From Acidobacteriota bacterium (GTDB taxonomy: Bacteria; Acidobacteriota; Vicinamibacteria; Vicinamibacterales; UBA8438): 61,203 nt of DNA. The notes beneath the pieces are model-generated. The model made no database searches and was not told where the DNA came from. It saw nothing but the letters and a program-made list of their open reading frames with translations. Location: contig JADFPE010000004.1 in NCBI GenBank assembly GCA_022562495.1, positions 1 through 61,203 of the forward strand. The letters run 5' to 3'. Made by a program: the position numbers and the translations under genes. Within the stretch, counting starts at the first letter, position 1. Every line of letters starts with the position of its first letter. This document shows, one piece after another, positions 32,377-40,640 of this stretch.

Positions 32377-34443
32377 TCACCCCACCTGCCAGAGCAAGAA
32401 GCTGACCGTGTCGACCATCTCCTCGATCTGCTGGGACACCGGTTGGCCGCCGGAGTGCCCGGCGTCGGTGTGATACCGGAGCAGGATCGGCGTCGCGTCG
32501 CCATGCGTCGCCTGCATCAGCGCCGCCATCTTCCGCGCATGCAGCGGCGCGACGCGGGTGTCGCCGTCACCCGTGATATAGAGCGTCGCCGGATACCGCG
32601 CCGTCTCGTCGACGTTGTGATACGGCGAGTAGGCGAGCATGTAGGCGAGCTGCTCCGGGTCCTCGCTCGACCCGTACTCGGGCACCCAGAAGCCCGCCAC
32701 CAGGAACTGGTGATACCGCACCATATCCAGCAACGGGTAGGTGCACACGACGGCCCCGAACAGATCGGGCCGCTGGTTCGAGACGACGCCCACGAGGAGC
32801 CCGCCGTTGCTGCCGCCGCGGATCGCGAGATGCTCGGGGCTCGTATAGCCTTCGGCGATCAGGTGCTCTGCGGCTGCGATGAAGTCGTCGAACACATGCT
32901 GCTTGCGCTCGAGCATCCCGTCGCGATGCCACTCCTCGCCGAACTCGCCGCCGCCCCGCATGTTCGCCTCGGCGAACACGCCGCCGCTTTCCAGCCACAC
33001 GGCCGCCAGCGACGAGAACGCCGGTGTCCGGCTCAGGTTGAACCCACCATAGCCGGTCAGCAGCGTCGGGTTGGTGCCGTCGAGCACGACATCGGCGCGA
33101 TGGGTGATGAACATCGGCACCCGGGTGCCGTCCTTCGAAGCGAACCACGTCTGGGTCACCTCGTACCGGCCGGTGTCGATCGGCACCTCGACCTGCGCCC
33201 AGACGGTCCGCTCGCCGCTCTCGAGGTCGTAGCGGTAGATGGTGTTTGGTCGATGATAGGACTGGAAGGTGAAGAACGCCTCGTTGCTCGTCCAGCGCCC
33301 GGCACCGCCACCGACCGACCCGAGCGTCTCGAACGAGATGTCGCGCACGTACGTGCCCGATAGCTCGTAGATCGCCACATGCGGCTGGACATCCTGCAGA
33401 TACGACACCGCCAGCCGTCCGCCGAGCCCGCGCGCCTCCTGGATGACCACGTCGTCGCGCTCGGGGATGATCTCGCGCCAGTGGTCGACCGCGGGGTTGG
33501 CCAAATCCGCCACCATCACCCGTTTGTTCGGCGCGTCGAGGTTCGTCGTGATCACCAACTGGTCGCCGGCGAACTCGGCCCAGGACTCGGAGACCCCGTC
33601 CTTGATGACGGTGGTGAACGGCGCCGCCGTGGTCAGATCCTTCAGGTGGATCTCGGTCGGCCCGGACGAGCCCTCAATCACATGGACCAGCAGCCAGCGG
33701 CCGTCATCGGACAACAGCGAGACCGGAATATGATGCAGCAGGTAGCCGTCGCCGAAGAGCTGGATGTCGGCGCTCGCATCGGTTCCGAGCGCATGGAACA
33801 TCACCCGCGGGGTCACGTCTCCATACCGCTCGTAGTAGAACCCGGTCTTGTCCGGGGTCAGGTTGACCTGCCCATACCGCGCCGCCGGCAGCCTGTCGTC
33901 GAGGTCCGTGCCGGTGTCGACGTCGCGCAGGTGAATCGACACCTCGTCGACCCCACCGTCCCGCACCGCGTAGACCACGAGTCGGCCGTCGCGCGAGATG
34001 TCGAGGTAGCTGACGCTGGTGGTGTGGTCCGGGCTCATCGGATGCGGGTCGATCAGGACCCGGTCCTCGCCGTCGATCCCCTCCCGGACATACAGCACCG
34101 ACAGGTCCGCATCGGCGCGCCGCCGGCTGGAGAAATACCGTCCACCCCGCTCGTTCGGCAGACCGATGGCTTCGACCTTCAGCACGGAGGCCACCAGTGT
34201 CTCCAGCTCGTCGCGACGCGGGAGCGGCTGCAGCAGCGTGTCCGTGTAGGCGTTCTGCGTCTCGATCCAGGCACGGGTCTCCGGTGCCTCCTGGTCCTCG
34301 AGCCAGCGATACGGATCCCGGATCTCGACGCCATGTAGCGTCTCGACGACCTCGCGTCTCTCGGTCGGTGGCGGCGACACGGTCACTCCTGGTTTCTCGA
34401 CGGCACAGCCCGACAGCAGCCCGACCGCTGTCGCGATCCCCAC
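32377..34443 (-). CDS. Prolyl oligopeptidase (S9A)
   Basis: DPYRWLED, GYGGFN, GGSNGG, DTRV and GHSGG; LSGC lipobox. True start uncertain; the frame is open to 34665 through repeats. Confidence 0.93.
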   Translation of the reverse strand: MGIATAVGLLSGCAVEKPGVTVSPPPTERREVVETLHGVEIRDPYRWLEDQEAPETRAWIETQNAYTDTLLQPLPRRDELETLVASVLKVEAIGLPNERGGRYFSSRRRADADLSVLYVREGIDGEDRVLIDPHPMSPDHTTSVSYLDISRDGRLVVYAVRDGGVDEVSIHLRDVDTGTDLDDRLPAARYGQVNLTPDKTGFYYERYGDVTPRVMFHALGTDASADIQLFGDGYLLHHIPVSLLSDDGRWLLVHVIEGSSGPTEIHLKDLTTAAPFTTVIKDGVSESWAEFAGDQLVITTNLDAPNKRVMVADLANPAVDHWREIIPERDDVVIQEARGLGGRLAVSYLQDVQPHVAIYELSGTYVRDISFETLGSVGGGAGRWTSNEAFFTFQSYHRPNTIYRYDLESGERTVWAQVEVPIDTGRYEVTQTWFASKDGTRVPMFITHRADVVLDGTNPTLLTGYGGFNLSRTPAFSSLAAVWLESGGVFAEANMRGGGEFGEEWHRDGMLERKQHVFDDFIAAAEHLIAEGYTSPEHLAIRGGSNGGLLVGVVSNQRPDLFGAVVCTYPLLDMVRYHQFLVAGFWVPEYGSSEDPEQLAYMLAYSPYHNVDETARYPATLYITGDGDTRVAPLHARKMAALMQATHGDATPILLRYHTDAGHSGGQPVSQQIEEMVDTVSFLLWQVG

Positions 34444-34493
34444 GCCGGCCAGCCGGCGTCTTATCCCGGAGTGCCCGTGGGTTGTCGCTGTGG

Positions 34494-34588
34494 CGCAGGC
34501 CTGTCCGCCTCCGTTCGCTGCCGCTCGAGGTATCAGCGAACTACGGCAAGATCTCGCCGTCGCCCTGGCGAAGGCGGACAGGCCTGCG
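34494..34588. repeat. REP-like inverted repeat, 17-bp perfect arms
   Basis: CGCAGGCCTGTCCGCCT (34494-34510) and its reverse complement (34572-34588). Confidence 0.75.
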
Positions 34589-34650
34589 AGGCAAGGCTGA
34601 AGCCGTGCCCCACGGATGTCACACACGTGCGCTCCGGGTCTGAAGAAAGT

Positions 34651-34702
34651 GGGCGAAGCCATCAACGTCCTCCTGTCTCCTGACTCCTGTCTCCTGCCTC
34701 CT
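34651..34702 (+). repeat. GGCGAAGCC plus (YCTCCTG)n composite repeat
   Basis: Family member overlapping the esterase 3' end. Confidence 0.7.
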
Positions 34703-35375
34703 CACCGAGCACCCGGGCAAGCCACCGGCCGATCTCCTGCACCTCCTCGGGACAGATCTGGTGCGCCATCGGGTACTCGTGCCACTCGACATGATAGCCG
34801 GCCGCGCGCAGCAGCTCGGCACTGCCGTGCCCGATCCGGTACGGCACGACGTCATCGTGCTGGCCGTGCGCCTGCAGGATCTCGACCCGATGGTTGACCT
34901 CGCTCGCCTCGGCCGACAGGGACTCGTGCAACGGAAGATACCCCGACAAGGCCAGGATGCCGGCCAGCGGCGCCGCGTGGCGCAGCCCGGTGAACAGCGC
35001 CATCGCCGCGCCTTGGGAAAAACCGGCCAGCACGATCCGTGACGACGGCACGCCGCGGTCGACCTCGCGTGCGATGAGATCTGCGATGGCCGTCGCGGAC
35101 CGGCGGATACCGGTCTCGTCCTGTCCACGCGCGTCGAGACTGACGATGTCGTACCAGGCGCGCGTCCGCATCCCCATGTTCAGCGTGACCGGAATGACCG
35201 GGGCATGCGGAAACACGTAGCGGATGGCCAGATCCGGTGAGACGCCGAGCTGCGGCGGCAACGAAGCGAAGTCGTGCCCGTCGGCGCCGAGCCCATGCAT
35301 CCAGATCACGGACGCGTGCGCCGGCCGATCCGGTTCCTGTTCAACGGTCTCGAGCAGTGGTGTCGTGGTCGTCAC
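34662..35375 (-). CDS. Phospholipase/carboxylesterase (alpha/beta hydrolase)
   Basis: HGLGADGHD, RAWYDI, GFSQG, HGQHDDVVP and YPMAH. Confidence 0.93.
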   Translation of the reverse strand: MTTTTPLLETVEQEPDRPAHASVIWMHGLGADGHDFASLPPQLGVSPDLAIRYVFPHAPVIPVTLNMGMRTRAWYDIVSLDARGQDETGIRRSATAIADLIAREVDRGVPSSRIVLAGFSQGAAMALFTGLRHAAPLAGILALSGYLPLHESLSAEASEVNHRVEILQAHGQHDDVVPYRIGHGSAELLRAAGYHVEWHEYPMAHQICPEEVQEIGRWLARVLGEEAGDRSQETGGR

Positions 35376-35481
35376 GGTAGGAAGCTGCGTCAGGCAACGG
35401 TGATCGTGGTCGGCGGCGGGAACGACACCCAGGCAACCGCGGTCGCCGCCCTCCAGCGTCTCCTGCCTCCTGACTCCTCCG

Positions 35482-36327
35482 TCAATGCGTCATCGCGTGC
35501 AGGAGGACGTTGATCCCGACGGCGTAGGAGGTCACCGAGAAGCGATAGAAGAACTCGTAGTCCTCTCCTTCACGCTCCCACCCGTCGGCGATGTCGGTGT
35601 TGTGGGTCATCAGCACCATGAGCCGGCCGTGCTCGTCATAGATACCCCGCACATGGACCTCTTCGCTCAGAGCGCCACGCTCGGACGTGGTCGTCCCGCC
35701 CACACGCCGAAAGTGCTGGATCGACGGGACCTGGGGCACCTCCTCGACATCGAACATCCCATGGTGGATCGGGTCCGACATCGGGATGTCGACGATCGGG
35801 TACTGACCGGGCGGCAACACCTTGCCGATCTCACCCACCCACTGCTCCCACGCGAACGGTCCCCAGAAGTCGTCGACCCACAGGAACCCGCCCTTGCGCA
35901 AGTAGGCGCCCAGCCCGTCCCGCTCCTCTGGACTGAACCAGACGGTGCCGACATCCGACATGAACAGGAACGGATAGGTGAAGAGCTGCGGGTCCGTCAA
36001 CCGGACGACGATATGATCCGGCTTGTTGTTGCGGTCGAGCCCGACCGGCGTGCGGGTCAGCTCCGACAGCCTGATCGTGAAGTTGATGTCGGCGTCCGGA
36101 TAGTCGGTGTGCCACCCCTGGCCGCCCCGCTCACGATGCGTGCTCTGATAGAGCCCGCGCGTGAACGTGAAGAGACGATGGGTCGGCTCGCCGTCCGGGA
36201 ACCTGGGTGGCATACGTGACCACCCCCAGCGCTGCGCGGAGGCCGCCGTCGCACCGACAAGGAGCACCGCCACGAGCGCCCACCCGAGAATCCGCCTGAC
36301 CACATGCGCCCAGGTCTGTCGTGTCAC
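35482..36327 (-). CDS. DUF4159 domain protein (secreted)
   Basis: WHTDYPDAD, YLRKGGFLWVDDFWG, HNTDIADGWE and GINVLLHAMTH. Confidence 0.9.
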   Translation of the reverse strand: MTRQTWAHVVRRILGWALVAVLLVGATAASAQRWGWSRMPPRFPDGEPTHRLFTFTRGLYQSTHRERGGQGWHTDYPDADINFTIRLSELTRTPVGLDRNNKPDHIVVRLTDPQLFTYPFLFMSDVGTVWFSPEERDGLGAYLRKGGFLWVDDFWGPFAWEQWVGEIGKVLPPGQYPIVDIPMSDPIHHGMFDVEEVPQVPSIQHFRRVGGTTTSERGALSEEVHVRGIYDEHGRLMVLMTHNTDIADGWEREGEDYEFFYRFSVTSYAVGINVLLHAMTH

Positions 36328-36354
36328 GCCGCCGGGGTCGCCTTCATAAAGACA

Positions 36355-36379
36355 AACGCGGCGGGCACCCCGCCGCGTT
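36355..36379 (-). terminator. Intrinsic terminator-like hairpin
   Basis: 11-bp stem AACGCGGCGGG/CCCGCCGCGTT followed on the minus strand by a T-rich tract. Confidence 0.6.
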
Positions 36380-36527
36380 CGTTCACCCGATACGTACGAG
36401 CCAAAACCCTCGAGTCAGACAGGGCGACGCCCTCCCGCTTTCTCCTGACTGCCCGCCTCCATTCGCGCCGCTGCTCGCCGTAGCCTTGGCGAAGGCGGCC
36501 TGACGTCTGCCTACCCGAGCACTCGCT

Positions 36528-39500
36528 CTACTGCTGTTCCGCCAGCGCCTTGAAGTATTCCTCGATCAGATCGCGGAACCCGGAGGGCACCTCCTCGCTC
36601 CCGGCCAGGAACAGGTCGTCGCTGTCGCCGTCGACCTCGCGCCGCAGCCGATACTCGAACCGCTTCAGCCCTTCGAGCACGAAGGTCTGCAGCCGCGCGA
36701 TCTCCTCCACATCCTGATACACGCGAGGGTCGTCGAGCGCCTGCATCGCCTGGATGATCTCGCTGAGGTCGCCTATGTCGCCGAGGTTCTCGGCGCGCAG
36801 GAGCCGCTGCAACTCTTGCGCCTCCATCCCGCGCTCCCGGAACTCGCGCTGCCACTGCCGGATGTCCCGCGGGTCGAACACGCCGGGTCGGCGGTTGCCC
36901 GGGCCACCCCCACCGAACGGGCCGCCAAAGATGTCACCCCCGCGTCCATCCGCAAACTGACCGCCCTGCTGACCGCCACCCTGCTGGCCTTGCTGCCCCT
37001 GTTGCCCCTGCTGGCCCTCTTGGCCCTGCTGATTGGCCGCCTGCTCGCCGCCCTGCTGGATCCGCTGCTCGAGGGACTCGAGCGAGCGCATCAGGTCCCG
37101 GGTGCGATCCAGCGCCTGCTCGCGCCCCGTGCCGCGAGAATTGCCCACCGCCTCGGCGGCCTCGGCCAGCTGACGCTGGAGGTCGCCGATGTCGCCGCCG
37201 ATCACCTCCTCGAACTCGCGGGCATACTCCGGCGAACGGGCCCGAATGAGGCCACGCGAATACCGGATCTTCTCCTTGAGCTTGCTCTCGCGGATGCCGT
37301 TGGCCGCTTCCTGTACCGCGCGCGACGCGTCACGCTCGTCGCGACGGAATTCGGCCGCCGTCGAGTCGAGCCCCCGCTCGAGATCGGCCACCTGCGCCTC
37401 CATCCGGTCCTTCCGCTCTATCAACCGTCGGATGCGCTCGACCCGCTCCGGGTCCGTCAGGTCGCCCAACCCGACGACCTGGTCGGCGATGTCCGCCTCT
37501 TCCGCGGCCAGATCGGCCGCCCGCCGCTGCGCATCCTCGATGTCACGCGCCAGGCGGCCGCTCTGCTCGCTCTGCAGCTGACGTTGCACCTCACGCAGCT
37601 GGTCGAGCGCCGCGCCGGCCTCGGCGAAGCCCTGGTTGTCGGCGTTGGCGGCCGCCCGCAGCATCGCGTCGGCCACCGCCTGCAGACGCCGTGCCGCCTG
37701 CATCATATCGGGCGACCCAAGCTCCCGCGCCAGCCGCTCGAGCCGTCGCGCCGCCTCTTCGGCCTCTTCGGCCAGCGCGCGCTGCGCCGCGCCGCCGCCG
37801 GCCTGCGCGGTCTGCCCGCCACGGGCCCGGCGCCGCTGCCGCTCGGCCTCCTGCTCCTGCCGGCGCGCCAGCTCCTTGAGCCGCTCCATCAGCTCGTCGA
37901 TCTGGTTGTCGGAGGTCTGCTGCTGTCCGCGCTGTACTATCTCGTACTGGTTCTGGAGCTTGTCGAGCTCGAGCTCGAACAGGTCGGCCAGATCCTCGGC
38001 CGCGCTCTGTCCGCCGCCCCCGCCGCCGCCGCCGCCGCCCTGTTGGACGAGCACTTCGTCGTACGCCTCCTCGGCGCGTTGCAGCTGCTGCAGCGCTCGT
38101 TGTTCCGCCGGCAGCGCCGCATCGACGTCCTGCTCCTGCAAGGCACTCTCGGCCGCTGCCATCTCGGTCGCGGCACGCGGGAGCACCGCGAGAATCGACC
38201 GGAACGCCGGGTCGGCCGGCATCACCCGGCTGTTCATCCGGCGCAACAGCGTCTCGACCTGTTCACGCAGCCGGCCCTGCGCCAGTGTCAGGAACACGAG
38301 GTTGTCGCGATAGTCCTCGTCGCTGAAGGTGTCGCGGTCGCGGATGACGTTGAAGGTCGCCGAGACGATTTGCCGCTGCGCCTCGGACAGCGCCCGGGCA
38401 GCGCCGCCACCACCACCGCCCCCGCCGCCACCCTGTGACTGGGCGGCGCGGAAGTCACGACGGAACCTGCGGATCTGGATGAAGTAGAGGTCGCTCTTGA
38501 CGACCCGGTTGACGCCTGCCTGGTTGTCCCCGGCGCTGCCGTAGTAGGAGACGAAGTCGCCCGGCTCGAGCTCGAACTCCTCGAGGAAGAACGTGTGCCC
38601 CGCCGAGATCTCCTTCAACCCGCCCGTCTCCGAGTTGAACAGGTTGATGGTCGTCTCCGGCCCGCCGTTGACTGCGTAGGTCAGCGTGAGCGACCGGACG
38701 CCGAAGTCGTCGTCGGCCCGCGCCTCGAGGAACACCTCCTCGATGGCGCTTGCCGTGGTGTCGCGCCCCGGCTTGACGAACATGACCGACGGCGGCTGGT
38801 CGGTCAGCACATCGACGGTGTACCGTGGCGACGCGTTCACCAGCTCGCCACTCGGGCCTTCCAGCTCGATCTGGTAGAACCCGTCCTCCTCGACCGTGAA
38901 GCTGGCCGTGAACGCGCCGTCGTCACGACGGATCAGGTCGGTCGCGGTCGTCTCGTCGAACACCAGCCGGCCGGCCGGCGTGCGCATCGTCGGGAACACG
39001 CGCAACCGCACCTCGGTGCCGCGCAGGACCGCGATGTCGCCGCCGTCCTGAATCAGGCGTGGCTCGAGACCGGTGTAGGCGGGGAAGTGATACTCGAACT
39101 CGAGGTGGTCGACATACGGCAGGTCGATGACGTCGAGAGTGAACGTCTCCGACTGGACGCCGACCGACTCGACGAAGTAGGTCGTCTCTTCACGCACGTC
39201 GAAGAGAAGCGTCTCGAACGCGCCGGGGGCCGCCGCCGCCCCTTCCTGGGGAATCATCGGCACCCGCTCGAACGGCGCGCTCGGGCTCGTGCGCATGAAC
39301 AAGTTGACGTCGCTCGAGTCGAACCCGATCAGCTGCGCGGTGATGGTCGGGTCAGACCCCCGGGCGATCGTGTCGTCACCCGGCAACACGTTGATGTGAT
39401 ACGGGCTGGCCGCCGCGAGACTGCCGGTCGGGGCCAGCAGCGCGGACGCTCCGTCACGCAGATACGACGGTCCGAAGATGAACGCAAGGAGCGCCATGGC

Positions 39501-40016
39501 CGTCACGCCGACCAAGTAGCCGGACGAGCGCCGGATCTTTTCGCGCTCCACTGCCGCCCCCCAGTCGAGCTCGCGGCAATGCTCCACGGCGTCCTGGATA
39601 AGCCGGTGGACGAGCGCCGGTGAATAGTCGGGACTGTCGGTCCGCTCCCCCCGCTTGGTTTCCTCGAGCGCGCTCAGCACCGCAGCCTGCAGCGACGGGT
39701 CGTGCTCCTCGAGATAGAGCGCCACCCGCTCGTCCGGAATCGCGCGCGCGAGCGGCCGGACCAGGAACCAGTACACCAGCCCGCCCAGCGTCAGATAGGT
39801 CAGGACCCGGAAGGCGATGACCGACCCCGCGGAGAACTTGAAGAACTCGAGGCCATACGCGGAGATGAGGAACGCCGCGACACCGGCCGCCGCCACGACC
39901 GCGGTCCCCCGTAGCGCCACGCGCAGCCGCCAGCGGTTGCGCACGCGCCGGATCACGTCAAATAGGTCGTCGCGACTGCCCGATGACCAGGGGGTTCTCC
40001 GCATGGTTGGCCTCAC
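36528..40016 (-). CDS. Large membrane-anchored DUF4175-like coiled-coil protein
   Basis: N-terminal TMs, beta-rich middle (YPAYTG-like motif, ADDDFGV), long Q/E/R coiled coils, poly-G and QQG tracts, and C-terminal VPSGFRDLIEEYFKAL. Confidence 0.85.
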   Translation of the reverse strand: MRPTMRRTPWSSGSRDDLFDVIRRVRNRWRLRVALRGTAVVAAAGVAAFLISAYGLEFFKFSAGSVIAFRVLTYLTLGGLVYWFLVRPLARAIPDERVALYLEEHDPSLQAAVLSALEETKRGERTDSPDYSPALVHRLIQDAVEHCRELDWGAAVEREKIRRSSGYLVGVTAMALLAFIFGPSYLRDGASALLAPTGSLAAASPYHINVLPGDDTIARGSDPTITAQLIGFDSSDVNLFMRTSPSAPFERVPMIPQEGAAAAPGAFETLLFDVREETTYFVESVGVQSETFTLDVIDLPYVDHLEFEYHFPAYTGLEPRLIQDGGDIAVLRGTEVRLRVFPTMRTPAGRLVFDETTATDLIRRDDGAFTASFTVEEDGFYQIELEGPSGELVNASPRYTVDVLTDQPPSVMFVKPGRDTTASAIEEVFLEARADDDFGVRSLTLTYAVNGGPETTINLFNSETGGLKEISAGHTFFLEEFELEPGDFVSYYGSAGDNQAGVNRVVKSDLYFIQIRRFRRDFRAAQSQGGGGGGGGGGAARALSEAQRQIVSATFNVIRDRDTFSDEDYRDNLVFLTLAQGRLREQVETLLRRMNSRVMPADPAFRSILAVLPRAATEMAAAESALQEQDVDAALPAEQRALQQLQRAEEAYDEVLVQQGGGGGGGGGGQSAAEDLADLFELELDKLQNQYEIVQRGQQQTSDNQIDELMERLKELARRQEQEAERQRRRARGGQTAQAGGGAAQRALAEEAEEAARRLERLARELGSPDMMQAARRLQAVADAMLRAAANADNQGFAEAGAALDQLREVQRQLQSEQSGRLARDIEDAQRRAADLAAEEADIADQVVGLGDLTDPERVERIRRLIERKDRMEAQVADLERGLDSTAAEFRRDERDASRAVQEAANGIRESKLKEKIRYSRGLIRARSPEYAREFEEVIGGDIGDLQRQLAEAAEAVGNSRGTGREQALDRTRDLMRSLESLEQRIQQGGEQAANQQGQEGQQGQQGQQGQQGGGQQGGQFADGRGGDIFGGPFGGGGPGNRRPGVFDPRDIRQWQREFRERGMEAQELQRLLRAENLGDIGDLSEIIQAMQALDDPRVYQDVEEIARLQTFVLEGLKRFEYRLRREVDGDSDDLFLAGSEEVPSGFRDLIEEYFKALAEQQ

Positions 40017-40079
40017 TTTGGCTGGGATGATCCGATCTTATCCCATTCTTGCGCTGTCGGCTGCAGGCCTCGGCCCGCA

Positions 40080-40554
40080 GGCAGTGGTCAAGTTTGGGCT
40101 CTTAGTCGAAAACAGCGAACAGCGTCGCGCCCGTCACAAACGCGCCCACCAAGAACGCGCCTCCGATTTTCGCGATCCTGGCTCGACCGCTCAGCAAGCT
40201 GCGCCCCACGCACAGAAGCGCCACCGCAGGGGCGGCGTAGCACGCCAACACGAGCGGCAGGACCCAGAGGGGTGTATTCGACTGCCCGAGCCGGTCCCAA
40301 TCTCGCAAGACAGAGCGAGAGACCCAGACAGGCAGAACGCCGCATACCAGCGAGACAACGATGGCGAGCCAGCCATAGGCCCGGCGTTCTGCGACGCTGG
40401 TCCACCAGCGCCATGGCGCTACGGGTCCCAGTCGAGGTGCATCATTGGCAACGATTTTTTGTTCCATGAGACTGTCCCGTCACGATCACGTATATCTGGC
40501 GTACTGCTCAAAGCATCCGAATCAGCCGCCGTCGCCTGACACTTGACCACTACC
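40080..40554. mobile_element. 475-bp non-autonomous mobile insertion cassette (IS1-like ends) with passenger gene
   Basis: IR GGCAGTGGTCAAGT (40080-40093) / ACTTGACCACTACC (40541-40554), 13/14 match. The 8-bp direct repeat GGCCCGCA lies at 40072-40079 and 40555-40562. No transposase. Confidence 0.8.
40102..40467 (-). CDS. Small 3-TM hypothetical membrane protein (cassette passenger)
   Basis: 121-aa ORF with three hydrophobic segments and lower GC; fills the cassette. Confidence 0.6.
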   Translation of the reverse strand: MEQKIVANDAPRLGPVAPWRWWTSVAERRAYGWLAIVVSLVCGVLPVWVSRSVLRDWDRLGQSNTPLWVLPLVLACYAAPAVALLCVGRSLLSGRARIAKIGGAFLVGAFVTGATLFAVFD

Positions 40555-40586
40555 GGCCCGCAGGCTTCAGGACGGCTGAATTCCTG

Positions 40587-40637
40587 GAAGTCGGCGAAGC
40601 CCTCCGGCCCCTCCTGTCTCCTGTCTCCTGCCTCCTG
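40587..40637 (+). repeat. GAAGTCGGCGAAGCCCTCCGGC plus (TCTCCTG)n composite repeat
   Basis: Family member immediately after the BatA/VWA stop. Confidence 0.75.
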
Positions 40638-40640
40638 CGT

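Noticed and set aside
36960-37030. Tandem CAG/GGC repeats as a contingency locus
   Set aside because: They encode an in-frame QQG low-complexity linker with mixed codons, which is normal for DUF4175-like proteins.
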